Shown piece after piece: positions 1 through 11,134 of a DNA stretch of 50,594 nucleotides (position 1 is the stretch's first letter; the number at the start of each line of letters is the position of its first letter). The stretch is from contig NC_068997.1 in the NCBI RefSeq assembly GCF_001194135.2, positions 2,756,931-2,807,524 of the forward strand, given 5' to 3'. The notes beneath the pieces are model-generated. The model did not search any database. It was not told the origin of the DNA and saw only the letters and a program-made list of their open reading frames with translations. The stretch comes from Octopus bimaculoides (Eukaryota). A program made the position numbers and the translations under genes.

Positions 1-40
1 TATATATATATATATTCATTCTTATATATATATATATTCA

Positions 41-300
41 TTCTTTTACTTCTTTCAGTCAGTTGACTGCGGCCATGCTGGAGTACCACCTTAAAGAGTG
101 TTAGCCGAGCGAATCGGCCCCAGGACTTACTTTTTGTAAGTCGTGCTTATTCTATCAGTCTCTTTTACCCAACCGCTACGTTACGGGGACATAAACGTCC
201 CAGCATCAGTTGTCAAGCAATGGCGGGGGAAGAAACACATACACACACACAAACACACACACACACGCGCGCACACACTGACACACATACACACACATAT

Positions 301-350
<50 letters not shown>

Positions 351-493
351 GACAGTTTCCTTCTACCAAATCCACTCACAAAGCTTTGGTCAGCCTGAGG
401 CTATAGGAGAAGACACTTGCCGAAGAGGTACCACACAGTGGAACTGAATCCGGAAACCATGTGAAGGAACCTTCTTACCACACAGTCTCACCT
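41..493 (-). mobile_element. tRNA-derived SINE family A, full length, with internal (CA)n(TA)n microsatellite
   Basis: Minus strand: A-box-like GACTGTGTGG and B-box-like GGATTCAGTTCC head, body GGCAAGTGTCTTCTCCTATAGCC, microsatellite 236-349, then second half ending GGTGGTACTCCAGCATGGCCGCAGTCAACTGACTGAAAGAAGTAAAAGA. The same layout recurs at 10693, 23633 and 49827. Confidence 0.9.
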
Positions 494-840
494 ATATATG
501 TATGTATATATATATATATATATACAGTAATAATAACAATAATCCTTGAATGGAATTTATATACCTTTAATGCATCTCTAAGCAATGAGTCATGTGGCTT
601 GTGGAAGCGCGGGTAGCGATGCATTAAGTGTTTAATAAATACCATCCAAGGATCATTTTTATCATACTTATATCTACCCTACATTATATCCGTACAGATC
701 GATGCAACCTACAACAACTGGTTCACCGGTCAGCATCTCTAGAATGTGGCCGGCATAATGGAATAGGATCTTTGTTTGCATATTGAAAACGTTTCTCGCA
801 AGCAAATTTAAAAGATATATACACACGCACATGCACACAT

Positions 841-906
<66 letters not shown>

Positions 907-2124
907 ACACACATACGTATATGTAGTATAGATGTACATTAATATTAGTATATGATATATATAATACATAAAAGATACAATGTGTGTGCGCGTGATTGTG
1001 CTCATGTGTGTGTGTGTGTGTGTGTGTGTGTTTATTTGTGTGTATGTGTGAGTGTCTGCGTGCGTGTGTCTGTATGTGTGAGCGCGCACGCACGTTGAAG
1101 CTACACAAATTATTTTCAGAAAGAAATTCTTCGTATATATACTGGGAAGAAGACAGAGATAAGAGGGGAAAGAGGAAATGAACGAAAAATGATAGCCACA
1201 CTGGCAGGTGGTGGGGGGGGGGTTTGGAATGTAAAGGTTTGAAAAGAGGTCCGTTAACTTCTACACTGGTTTTAGATTTAATAAGATTAAGAAAATTTTA
1301 GTTTATTGAAAACTCCTGTAACTTAATACTAATATTTAAATGGTTAAATATTTCTAAATCGACGAGTGTATCAATGAAAGCTTAGAGTTAAACTTAAACG
1401 AATAATAAGTTTAAAAGTGTGTGACGGCAATAAGTATAAATGTATTTATGGATAATAACATTTAGTTGGAGTAATTGAAAGTTGTGAAGTAATACGAAAT
1501 GGTATACTTCAGATATCACAATGATATTATTAAATTTGTTATGTCTGTGTTGGATTAGCTGGAAGAGAGATGGCTTAGTGAAAATAACTACGAGAATGGA
1601 ACTCATCAAACTAGAACTGCGGAAGGGAACTGTAGATGTCAGAATAATATTATTAACTTAGTAGAGTTTGTAAAGAGATGACACAAGGTGAAGCGGTTGT
1701 ATATTGATGTTCATGAAACACAGGTTATTATTATATAATTTGAGTAAAGAGAAATAATAGGTGGAGAAACACTTTTAGAAGTCGGACAAATGTTGTTGAA
1801 TTAATTTAGGTGGAATGGAAAACGGAATGAATGGACATAACGTGACATTGGGAGGAATTGGGTGATATTGAATAGTATTGTGTGGTATTGAGTGGTATTC
1901 TATGACATCGGTTTGTGTTCTGTGATACTCTGTGGTATGGTGTGTGTGATATCATATCACACAATAGGTATCATCCTGTGATATTGTGAGGTATAGTGTG
2001 CCTGTGAGTGATATCGTGTGTTAATGTGTAATATCGTATGCCACTCACTGAGATTGGATCGCGAGGCTGGTTGATGGAATTGGGCAGCATTGAATAACAT
2101 TGGATGGAATCCTCTGATATTGCA

Positions 2125-3557
2125 GACCCGGGAAGATGAGTGAAGCACTAAATAAACAATTCCACAGGAAAATATGCAAATAAAGAAGCCGAAGGAGGTT
2201 TTCAATGTAATGAATCTATTCGGAAAAGAGGCAACCATCGATTACATCAACATAAAAGATGTGATATCGGCATGGAACGCATTGTCTGAAAAAGGCTGAT
2301 CATGTTCCTAGAAGAAAACAACTTTCTCACAAACCCGTAACATAGCTTCCGTCCAGGGTGGAGCTGCCTCACACAGTTGCTGCAGCATTTTGACTGGGTA
2401 CTGAAGTAACAGCTAAAAGAATCAGCTGTAGACATGATATACCACGACTTTGCCAAGGCTTTCGACAAAGTTGATCATGGTATATGTCACAAGCTGCGAA
2501 ACCTTGGAATTGCCGGGAAACAGGGAGATTTCCTGAAGGCAAGGAGTCAGACAGTTGTAGCCAATGGTGCTCACTCTGAAAAGACACCAATTCTCAGACA
2601 TGCCTTCTGTGGTATAGTCAGCCAGTCTGACCAGTTTTGCTGACGACGCAAAAGAAGCGCAGGCAGTTAGGAACCCAGAGGTCATCATAAAACTGCAGAA
2701 AGACCTAAACGAAATCTACAAATGCAGTTCAATGCTATGAAATTACTGGCACTCCACTATCGGAATGCAATTGACCAGAAGGTAATATGATCCCAGAGTC
2801 AGAGTCGGCGTGTGATCTGGCGGTTCACATGAACAATGATGCAACATTCAATGTGCATATTACTAAGATGGCAACACTGTGCAGGCAAGTGGCTGGATGG
2901 ATTCTGAGGAAATTCAGAACCAGGAAAAGGGAAGCCCTGCTATGGAAAACTTTCGTTCTCAGCCACTTGGACTATTGCTCCCAACTATGGTCCCCAGAGA
3001 GTGTGAAACAAACTGTGGAACTCGAAGCAGTCCAGCGCCAATACACAAAAAAGATTGATTCGATGCAGAAAATGGGCTACTGGAAGAGGATAAAGGAGCT
3101 GAGTCTCTATTCCCTGGAGAGAAGACGAGAGAAATATGCGGTGGCATATATTTGGAAGATCTTGAAGGGGTTAGCTCCCAATTTTGGAATTGACAGCTAT
3201 ACCAACACTTGAACTAGACAGCACTGCATCATACCAAAGATCCCGTCTTCCCCATCTAAATAAGGATACATAGTTGAAATAGTCTGGGTTTTAAGGGCCT
3301 GCAATTGTTCAACATCCTTCCAGGCAACCATACAGATCTACATAGTGTTGATATGGAGGTTTTTCAAGGAACGTCTGGACAGGTTTCTATCTGAGATACT
3401 AGATGAACCCACATCGCGGCAGAAGACGCAAAGAATAGCAGCTCTGTCCAACTCGCTACTTCACCAAAAATAATATCGGAAACAACACCGAATAACTACA
3501 GGTGGTGCACCAGCATGACCTCAGCCCTGGGCTGAAACCAGTAAAAGATAAAAGATA
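2125..3557 (+). mobile_element. CR1/L2-type LINE, 5'-truncated and decayed (RT C-terminal half plus 3' UTR)
   Basis: Translated pieces: FLEENNFLTNP*HSFRPGWSCLTQLLQHFD, MIYHDFAKAFDKVDHG, FADD, LWKTFVLSHLDYCSQLWSP, LEAVQRQYTKKI, LYSLERRREKY. Stops, frameshifts and a deletion of the GVPQG region. Ends in short tandem AAAGATAAAAGATA. Confidence 0.9.
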
Positions 3558-3748
3558 TTCCATAAGGATAATAGATGTATATCCGAATTTTGTTATCTGT
3601 CATTTCCTTCATCAAGTCTTCTGTAATAACAATAATTCTTGTTGTATACTTTTTGCACCGACGAGAACAGTGATATGCATTAAATTTAATTGCATAACAC
3701 TATTTCAGTATTACGTGTCAAAAGTGAAACAATGTATGTATATTATGC

Positions 3749-3782
<34 letters not shown>

Positions 3783-3958
3783 ATGTGTGTGTGTATGTGT
3801 GTGTGTATGTGTGTGTGTATATCTGCACATATGTTTGAATTATATATGTATATATATATGTGTTTATATATATATGTATATATATGTATAAATATATGTA
3901 TGCATATATATATACGTATATATATATGCGTGTATATGTGTGTGTGTGTGCATATTGC

Positions 3959-4036
<78 letters not shown>

Positions 4037-4111
4037 GTATGTTTATCTATATATCTATATATATATATATATGTATTGTATGTATATATATACGTCAGAT
4101 ATATATGTGAG

Positions 4112-4433
4112 ATAATAATTTCACTTTAATAATTTTAGTATTAATGGCGTGACTATTAAACTGAAAGCATCTCACATTACAATAGATAAACGTTATTGTT
4201 TCACTTTTGACACGTAATACTGAAATAGTGTAAGAGATAAGAGATTGATTCGGGCTTGCATTGGGCAACAAGTTGAAAATGTTTGGTCTATGACACTCCA
4301 TGGACCGTAAGTAAAGCATGTGTAAAATTTGAATGACATCGGTTGGGTAGTTCTCGAGTTTTAAGGGTTCACACAAACAGATAGACAGATATACTTACAG
4401 ACAAACACACATTCTCAGTTTTATATATCAAGA
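4112..4433 (-). mobile_element. Non-autonomous Helitron-like element, 5' portion
   Basis: Minus strand starts A|TCTTGATATATAAAACTGAGAATGTGTGTTTGTCTGT (5' TC after A, then TGTC-type repeats), followed by AACCGATGTCATTCAAATTTTACACATG, resembling invertebrate Helitron-N 5' ends. No 3' CTRR terminus found. Confidence 0.55.
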
Positions 4434-4791
4434 TTTCATATATTAAGATATATATATCGTAGGATAGGTGTCGTATTTGATTACATTTGCTTTCTTTTAA
4501 CATTTTATAATATCAAACTCATCGGTGATTAACTAGAACTCCTTCTTAATAAATTAAATTAATAAAGCAACTATTTAATCTAGATACAGTCTACGTGACA
4601 TGACTAAAAAGACCTGTATTGTTGTAAAACTTAAATGAATGTAATTAACATTGAATATTTGAAGCACAACGGCCAAGATGTAAAGGCAAAAATATATTGG
4701 AACGTATTCAAAAGGAATAAGTAACATTACCGCACATCACGCACACACACGCACACACACATATAGGCACATATGTACACACACACACACT

Positions 4792-4822
<31 letters not shown>

Positions 4823-5493
4823 GCACGCACACACTCACATATATATGTTCAGAGGGAGGTAGATATATGCAAGTATATATCTATCTATATATTATTGTAT
4901 ATATATATGTATATATATATATATATANNNNNNNNNNNNNNNNNNNNNNNNNNNNNNNNNNNNNNNNNNNNNNNNNNNNNNNNNNNNNNNNNNNNNNNNN
5001 NNNNNNNNNNNNNNNNNNNNNNNNNNNNNNNNNNNNNNNNNNNNNNNNNNNNNNNNNNNNNNNNNNNNNNNNNNNNNNNNNNNNNNNNNNNNNNNNNNNN
5101 NNNNNNNNNNNNNNNNNNNNNNNNNNNNNNNNNNNNNNNNNNNNNNNNNNNNNNNNNNNNNNNNNNNNNNNNNNNNNNNNNNNNNNNNNNNNNNNNNNNN
5201 NNNNNNNNNNNNNNNNNNNNNNNNNNNNNNNNNNNNNNNNNNNNNNNNNNNNNNNNNNNNNNNNNNNNNNNNNNNNNNNNNNNNNNNNNNNNNNNNNNNN
5301 NNNNNNNNNNNNNNNNNNNNNNNNNNNNNNNNNNNNNNNNNNNNNNNNNNNNNNNNNNNNNNNNNNNNNNNNNNNNNNNNNNNNNNNNNNNNNNNNNNNN
5401 NNNNNNNNNNNNNNNNNNNNNNNNNNNNNNNNNNNNNNNNNNNNNNNNNNNNNNNNNNNNNNNNNNNNNNNNNNNNNNNNNNNNNNNNNNNNN

Positions 5494-5546
<53 letters not shown>

Positions 5547-6042
5547 GTATATGTATGTATGACTCTGTGTGTGTATACAAAACACAAGTATTATCTACAT
5601 ATCAATGGATGTACATCTACGTAGCAAAAATGGAGGCAAGAGACTACACGTGTTTTCTCTTTCTCGCTTTGTTTGTCTGTTTCTTTCTTTCTATCTCCCT
5701 ATCTATATTTTATAACAAAGAGACAATTGGTAAACAAAGCTGGTATTGTATTCAGTGGGAATACTGATTATCTTTATTTGGTTCGATTCTCTTCATGTCC
5801 TGTTTTATTGCGTAGAATTTCTGTTTAGCTTCGCCTCAAAGGCCCCTCGCGAGAAATAAAAGGCAGGGATAAGAAAAAAGAAAAAAGGATTTAGATGCGC
5901 GCAGACACACGCACCATACATACTTACATATACATATGTACACACACACATGCACACACATACACACACAGATATATATGTTCGTATATATACATGTATG
6001 TATACGCACACATTTATGCAGATTATATATAAATCTATGTAA

Positions 6043-6076
<34 letters not shown>

Positions 6077-6639
6077 NNNNNNNNNNNNNNNNNNNNNNNN
6101 NNNNNNNNNNNNNNNNNNNNNNNNNNNNNNNNNNNNNNNNNNNNNNNNNNNNNNNNNNNNNNNNNNNNNNNNNNNNNNNNNNNNNNNNNNNNNNNNNNNN
6201 NNNNNNNNNNNNNNNNNNNNNNNNNNNNNNNNNNNNNNNNNNNNNNNNNNNNNNNNNNNNNNNNNNNNNNNNNNNNNNNNNNNNNNNNNNNNNNNNNNNN
6301 NNNNNNNNNNNNNNNNNNNNNNNNNNNNNNNNNNNNNNNNNNNNNNNNNNNNNNNNNNNNNNNNNNNNNNNNNNNNNNNNNNNNNNNNNNNNNNNNNNNN
6401 NNNNNNNNNNNNNNNNNNNNNNNNNNNNNNNNNNNNNNNNNNNNNNNNNNNNNNNNNNNNNNNNNNNNNNNNNNNNNNNNNNNNNNNNNNNNNNNNNNNN
6501 NNNNNNNNNNNNNNNNNNNNNNNNNNNNNNNNNNNNNNNNNNNNNNNNNNNNNNNNNNNNNNNNNNNNNNNNNNNNNNNNNNNNNNGAGGAAACGAACGT
6601 CTTTTTGTTGTTTTATTATTGTTATTGTCATTGTATTTG

Positions 6640-6654
6640 TTGTGATTGTTGCAG

Positions 6655-6698
<44 letters not shown>

Positions 6699-6720
6699 GC
6701 TGTTTTTGTTGTTGTTGTTG
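6640..6720. repeat. (TTG)n microsatellite
   Basis: Directly visible trinucleotide run next to a gap. Confidence 0.95.
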
Positions 6721-6789
6721 ATATTGGAGAAAAATGTCTCCTGTTGCAGGTGGAAACCTTTCCTCCTTCACTTACTCTCTAGTTTTGTT

Positions 6790-6846
6790 CCTTGTTTTCT
6801 TTCTTTCCTTCCTTCCTTCTTTCTTTCATTCTTACTTTCTTTCTTC

Positions 6847-6887
<41 letters not shown>

Positions 6888-6917
6888 TTTCCTTCTTTCT
6901 GTCCTTCTTTCTTTCCT

Positions 6918-6948
<31 letters not shown>

Positions 6949-6990
6949 GTCTTTCTTTCTTCCTTTCTTTCTTTCTCTCTTTCTTTCTTT
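6790..6990. repeat. (CTTT)n/(CCTT)n tetranucleotide tract
   Basis: Directly visible degenerate tetranucleotide repeat. Confidence 0.95.
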
Positions 6991-7460
6991 CTCTGCCTCT
7001 CTCACCCTCTCTCCATCTCCTACTGCGTATTTCTACCGGCCATTCACTCTCCCCCTTGCATCGCCTCGCCTCTTTCTGACACACCTACACACACTCTCTC
7101 CATTTCCGTCTCCCTCTCTCTCTCTCTCAATTGCTTTGTCTTTGTCCCTTTCCAGTTAGCCTCTCACTTCATTCCATTATATCTGTCTATTTCACCCCCT
7201 ATCTTCCCAACTGTTTTCTTTACCCTCTCCCCTGGGATCCCCTTCGTACTCCGTACCCCCACCTTACACTTTGTATCCCGGTCATTCTCTCTATCCTGCT
7301 CTTTTCCCATCTCTCTCAATCTCCCTTCCGCTCTCATTCATGTTCCTGATGTACATTATTGGTTAAATTAATAATCTCTTTCTCTCTCTCCCACGCACAA
7401 TTCCCTTACACACACACACACACACACTCTCTCTCTCTCTCTCTCTCTCCNNNNNNNNNN

Positions 7461-7505
<45 letters not shown>

Positions 7506-7912
7506 TCACATTCATATACACGAAAAGAAGGAAAAAGGAAGATTGTATAAATTTAGAGTTGATTCTCCGTTCTATGAATATTTAATGAATATACAATAGT
7601 TTGATCAGACTACTAAGCAGATGAAGATGTTGGAAAACCATCCTGAGAGGTCATAACGTTTGACCTACTCAACACCAGAGTTAAACGATAACTATCATTG
7701 CGATTCATACCCAACCTGGGCTCCTTAGTCCTGTGTAAACTGAACGGTATGTGGGCCCTTCATTGACCTTCTGTCATCTCTCGTCTATTAATTTAGGTTC
7801 ACTGTAGCAAAAATTCCCATAATATATTTATTATATTTACAGAGATTCCATTTTCGGCATTTTGAGCTTTTTTCTTCTCCCATGTCCTTTGAAATTTGGT
7901 CTTCGGGCATTG

Positions 7913-8050
7913 TATAATATATAATACAATACAATACAATACAATACAATACAATACAATACAATACAATATAATATAATATAATATAATATAATATAAC
8001 ATAATATAATATAACATAATATAATATAACATAATATAATATAACATAAT
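7913..8050. repeat. Compound (TACAA)n-(TATAA)n pentanucleotide repeat
   Basis: Directly visible. Confidence 0.95.
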
Positions 8051-8366
8051 ACGATATATATCTTTAAGAAAATGATATGACAAAGTAATGTATAATTATT
8101 TTATGGACGTCATTGGCTTATATGCAGTGCTTTCATATTCGAGGCTCCGATGAACCTATAATGCGTTACTCAAGCACTCAACTATGAGTCCACTACATCT
8201 TATAGCAGAAACAACTGTAAGCTAATGAAGTTCATAAAATAATCATTTATTCCTTTTGTCATCTCATTTTCTTTTAACCACTCTGTACTCGACTAACGCT
8301 TCATTATAAAGCATATGTATATTGAGTTCTACATTACGTTATTAGTATCGCAATACCTAAGCGAAA

Positions 8367-8604
8367 TATTCAAGGTGTAGACAAATTTCAGTCTGAAATC
8401 CCAGATGAACCAACATTGCAGCAGGAAGCACAAAGAAGGACAGCTTCGTCCAACTCGTTTCTTTACCAAAAACAGTAACGAAAGGAGACCTCAAGACACT
8501 GAAAGACGATGTTCCAGCATGGCTCCAGCATGGCTCCAGAATGGCTCCAGCATGGCTCCAGAATGGCTCCAGCCTCTGGCTGAAACCAGTAAAATAATAA
8601 AAGA
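8367..8604 (+). mobile_element. Second, short 3' fragment of the CR1/L2-type LINE
   Basis: GACAAATTTCAGTCTGAAATCCCAGATGAACCAACATTGCAGCAGGAAGCACAAAGAAGGACAGCTTCGTCCAACTCG aligns by eye with 3377-3455, and it ends with the same GGCTGAAACCAGTAAAA tail. Confidence 0.8.
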
Positions 8605-8615
8605 AAGTAATAAGT

Positions 8616-8656
<41 letters not shown>

Positions 8657-9417
8657 AGTTTATGTATATATTAATATTATCTCAGTTTAAAAAAAAAACC
8701 TTTGACAATGTAAATATGNNNNNNNNNNNNNNNNNNNNNNNNNNNNNNNNNNNNNNNNNNNNNNNNNNNNNNNNNNNNNNNNNNNNNNNNNNNNNNNNNN
8801 NNNNNNNNNNNNNNNNNNNNNNNNNNNNNNNNNNNNNNNNNNNNNNNNNNNNNNNNNNNNNNNNNNNNNNNNNNNNNNNNNNNNNNNNNNNNNNNNNNNN
8901 NNNNNNNNNNNNNNNNNNNNNNNNNNNNNNNNNNNNNNNNNNNNNNNNNNNNNNNNNNNNNNNNNNNNNNNNNNNNNNNNNNNNNNNNNNNNNNNNNNNN
9001 NNNNNNNNNNNNNNNNNNNNNNNNNNNNNNNNNNNNNNNNNNNNNNNNNNNNNNNNNNNNNNNNNNNNNNNNNNNNNNNNNNNNNNNNNNNNNNNNNNNN
9101 NNNNNNNNNNNNNNNNNNNNNNNNNNNNNNNNNNNNNNNNNNNNNNNNNNNNNNNNNNNNNNNNNNNNNNNNNNNNNNNNNNNNNNNNNNNNNNNNNNNN
9201 NNNNNNNNNNNNNNNNNNNNNNNNNNNNNNNNNNNNNNNNNNNNNNNNNNNNNNNNNNNNNNNNNNNNNNNNNNNNNNNNNNNNNTTAACTATCAGAAGA
9301 AATTATATTATTCCAGAGGAAACTCCAATGGAAACGGTTGACACATCAACGGGTAATTCTAGAGTTTCAAAACCAGTATCATAGTACAGCTCATAGGTAT
9401 GATGTAATGATATGTAA

Positions 9418-9754
9418 TAGTGGCTCTGAGTCGGAGTCCATATGGTCCCTGGGTGGCCAGATAAGGTCTTTGGGGTCCACGCAAGCAAAATAGTAGATTA
9501 GGGGCCCACAGCAGTATTTCAAGTTTCTATGGAAAGTTTTGATTTAAATGAATGTATTGCAAGAAACAGCTAGGTTTCTTTCTCTAACATTTTACATAGT
9601 TCAACGTATACAAGTAAATGAGCGGCTAATAAATAGGAACTTTGAAAGAAGTCTCAATAGAATTAGTTTTTAAACATCAAATAGCAATGGGGGTCCACCC
9701 GAATAAAGTAGTAATGAATGGAGTCCATAAATGAAAAGTGGTTGAGAACCACTG
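9418..9754. mobile_element. hAT/Charlie-type MITE, copy 1
   Basis: Right TIR TTGAGAACCACTG and degenerate left TIR TAGTGGCTCTGA. Internal sequence is colinear with 31538-31864. No clear TSD. Confidence 0.7.
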
Positions 9755-10692
9755 TTGTATACAGTTGTGTCGTTGATCACGCGCAAAAGAAAGCTACTCT
9801 TCTGAAAGTCAGCGATTCATTCATCATAACTCCACATGCTCTGCTCTACGGCGTCTACTAGCTATATGAAGCCTACCCATTAAGCCATGCCTCTTAGTAT
9901 CTAGGATAGAAATCTCTTGGAATTTAATTCTCAGCTACACTTTTGTTCACACATAAATGAATAGTTAGCACAGTTGATCGTAGAAATGAAAGAGGGATTC
10001 GTCGAAACCGACACAGGTCCATTTTTGTTTTGCTTATAAACCCCTGTAACTGTGTTAATGTAAGTCTTTGCAAATCTGTTTTTGTCGTGTGTGTGTGTGC
10101 GTATCTTCGTGCGATCGTATGCGTACGTGTTTGTGTTTAAGTGTAAATGTATGATGGTGTGTTTGTATGCGCGCATGCATGCGTGTGTGCGTGCTGGCGA
10201 ATGTGTGCTTGTGTGTGTGTGTATGTGTGTGCGCGCGCGCATGCGCGTCTGTACTTTAGTGAAAGACCTCCAACCCAGCCACACTTGGCATCTCTCCATA
10301 CCTTCACAAACGTCATCAGTCGCTCCAATCTCCAAGCATAGACCACCATCACTGCCGCCACCGCTGCCACCTTTAACACCATTACCAGCACTACCCCCAT
10401 CCCACCTCAACCCACCACTACCCCACCACCCCATCGCCGCCACTGATCGATTCAATAAACAACTGGATGACAGCGATTTCGATCCAACTGGGCTGTTGTT
10501 TTATCATTGATTCATTGATGTTGTTTTTGGAAGGCATCGAGCGGTATTGGGTGGTGTTGGATGGTGCAAGGTGGTATTATATAGCAATATTGGTTGGTAA
10601 AGCAGGGTACTGGATGGCATTGGTGGCACTGAGTGGTATAGTGCGGTGTTTTGTGGTATTGGATTATATTTCATGGAATTGGGTGTTATACT

Positions 10693-10886
10693 TTCATTCT
10701 TTTATTCTTTTCGTTGGAGCACCGCCTTAAAGGGTTTTGGTCGAAGACATCGACCCCAAAACTTATTCTTTGTGAGCCTAATACTTGCTCTATCGGTATC
10801 TTATGCCGAACCGCTAGGTTACTGGGACATTAAGGCATCACCATCGGTTGTCAAGCGATGTCGGAGTGACAAACACAGGCACGCAC

Positions 10887-10967
<81 letters not shown>

Positions 10968-11134
10968 TTACGACAGGATTTTGTTAGTTTCCATCTACCA
11001 TATCCACTTACAAGGCTTTGGTCGGTTCGAGGATGTAGCTGAAGACACTTGCCCAAAGTGCCACGCAGTGGGACCAAACCCGAAACAATGTGGTTGTGAA
11101 GCAAGCTTCTTAGCACTCAGCCACGCCCGCACCC
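10693..11134 (-). mobile_element. SINE family A, near full length
   Basis: Head GGCGTGGCTGAGTGCTAAGAAGCTTGC, internal (CA)n 10885-10962, second half. The tail stem-loop segment is deleted. Confidence 0.9.

Noticed and set aside
1351-1395. ATCGACGAGTGTATCAATGAAAGCTTAGAG, loosely hammerhead-like with AGCT palindrome
   Set aside because: The core is not CUGANGA, stem II barely pairs, and stem I is out of register.
8510-8574. Short regular repeats (also 31887-32008) as a CRISPR array
   Set aside because: Head-to-tail units without unique spacers, eukaryotic context, and no cas genes.
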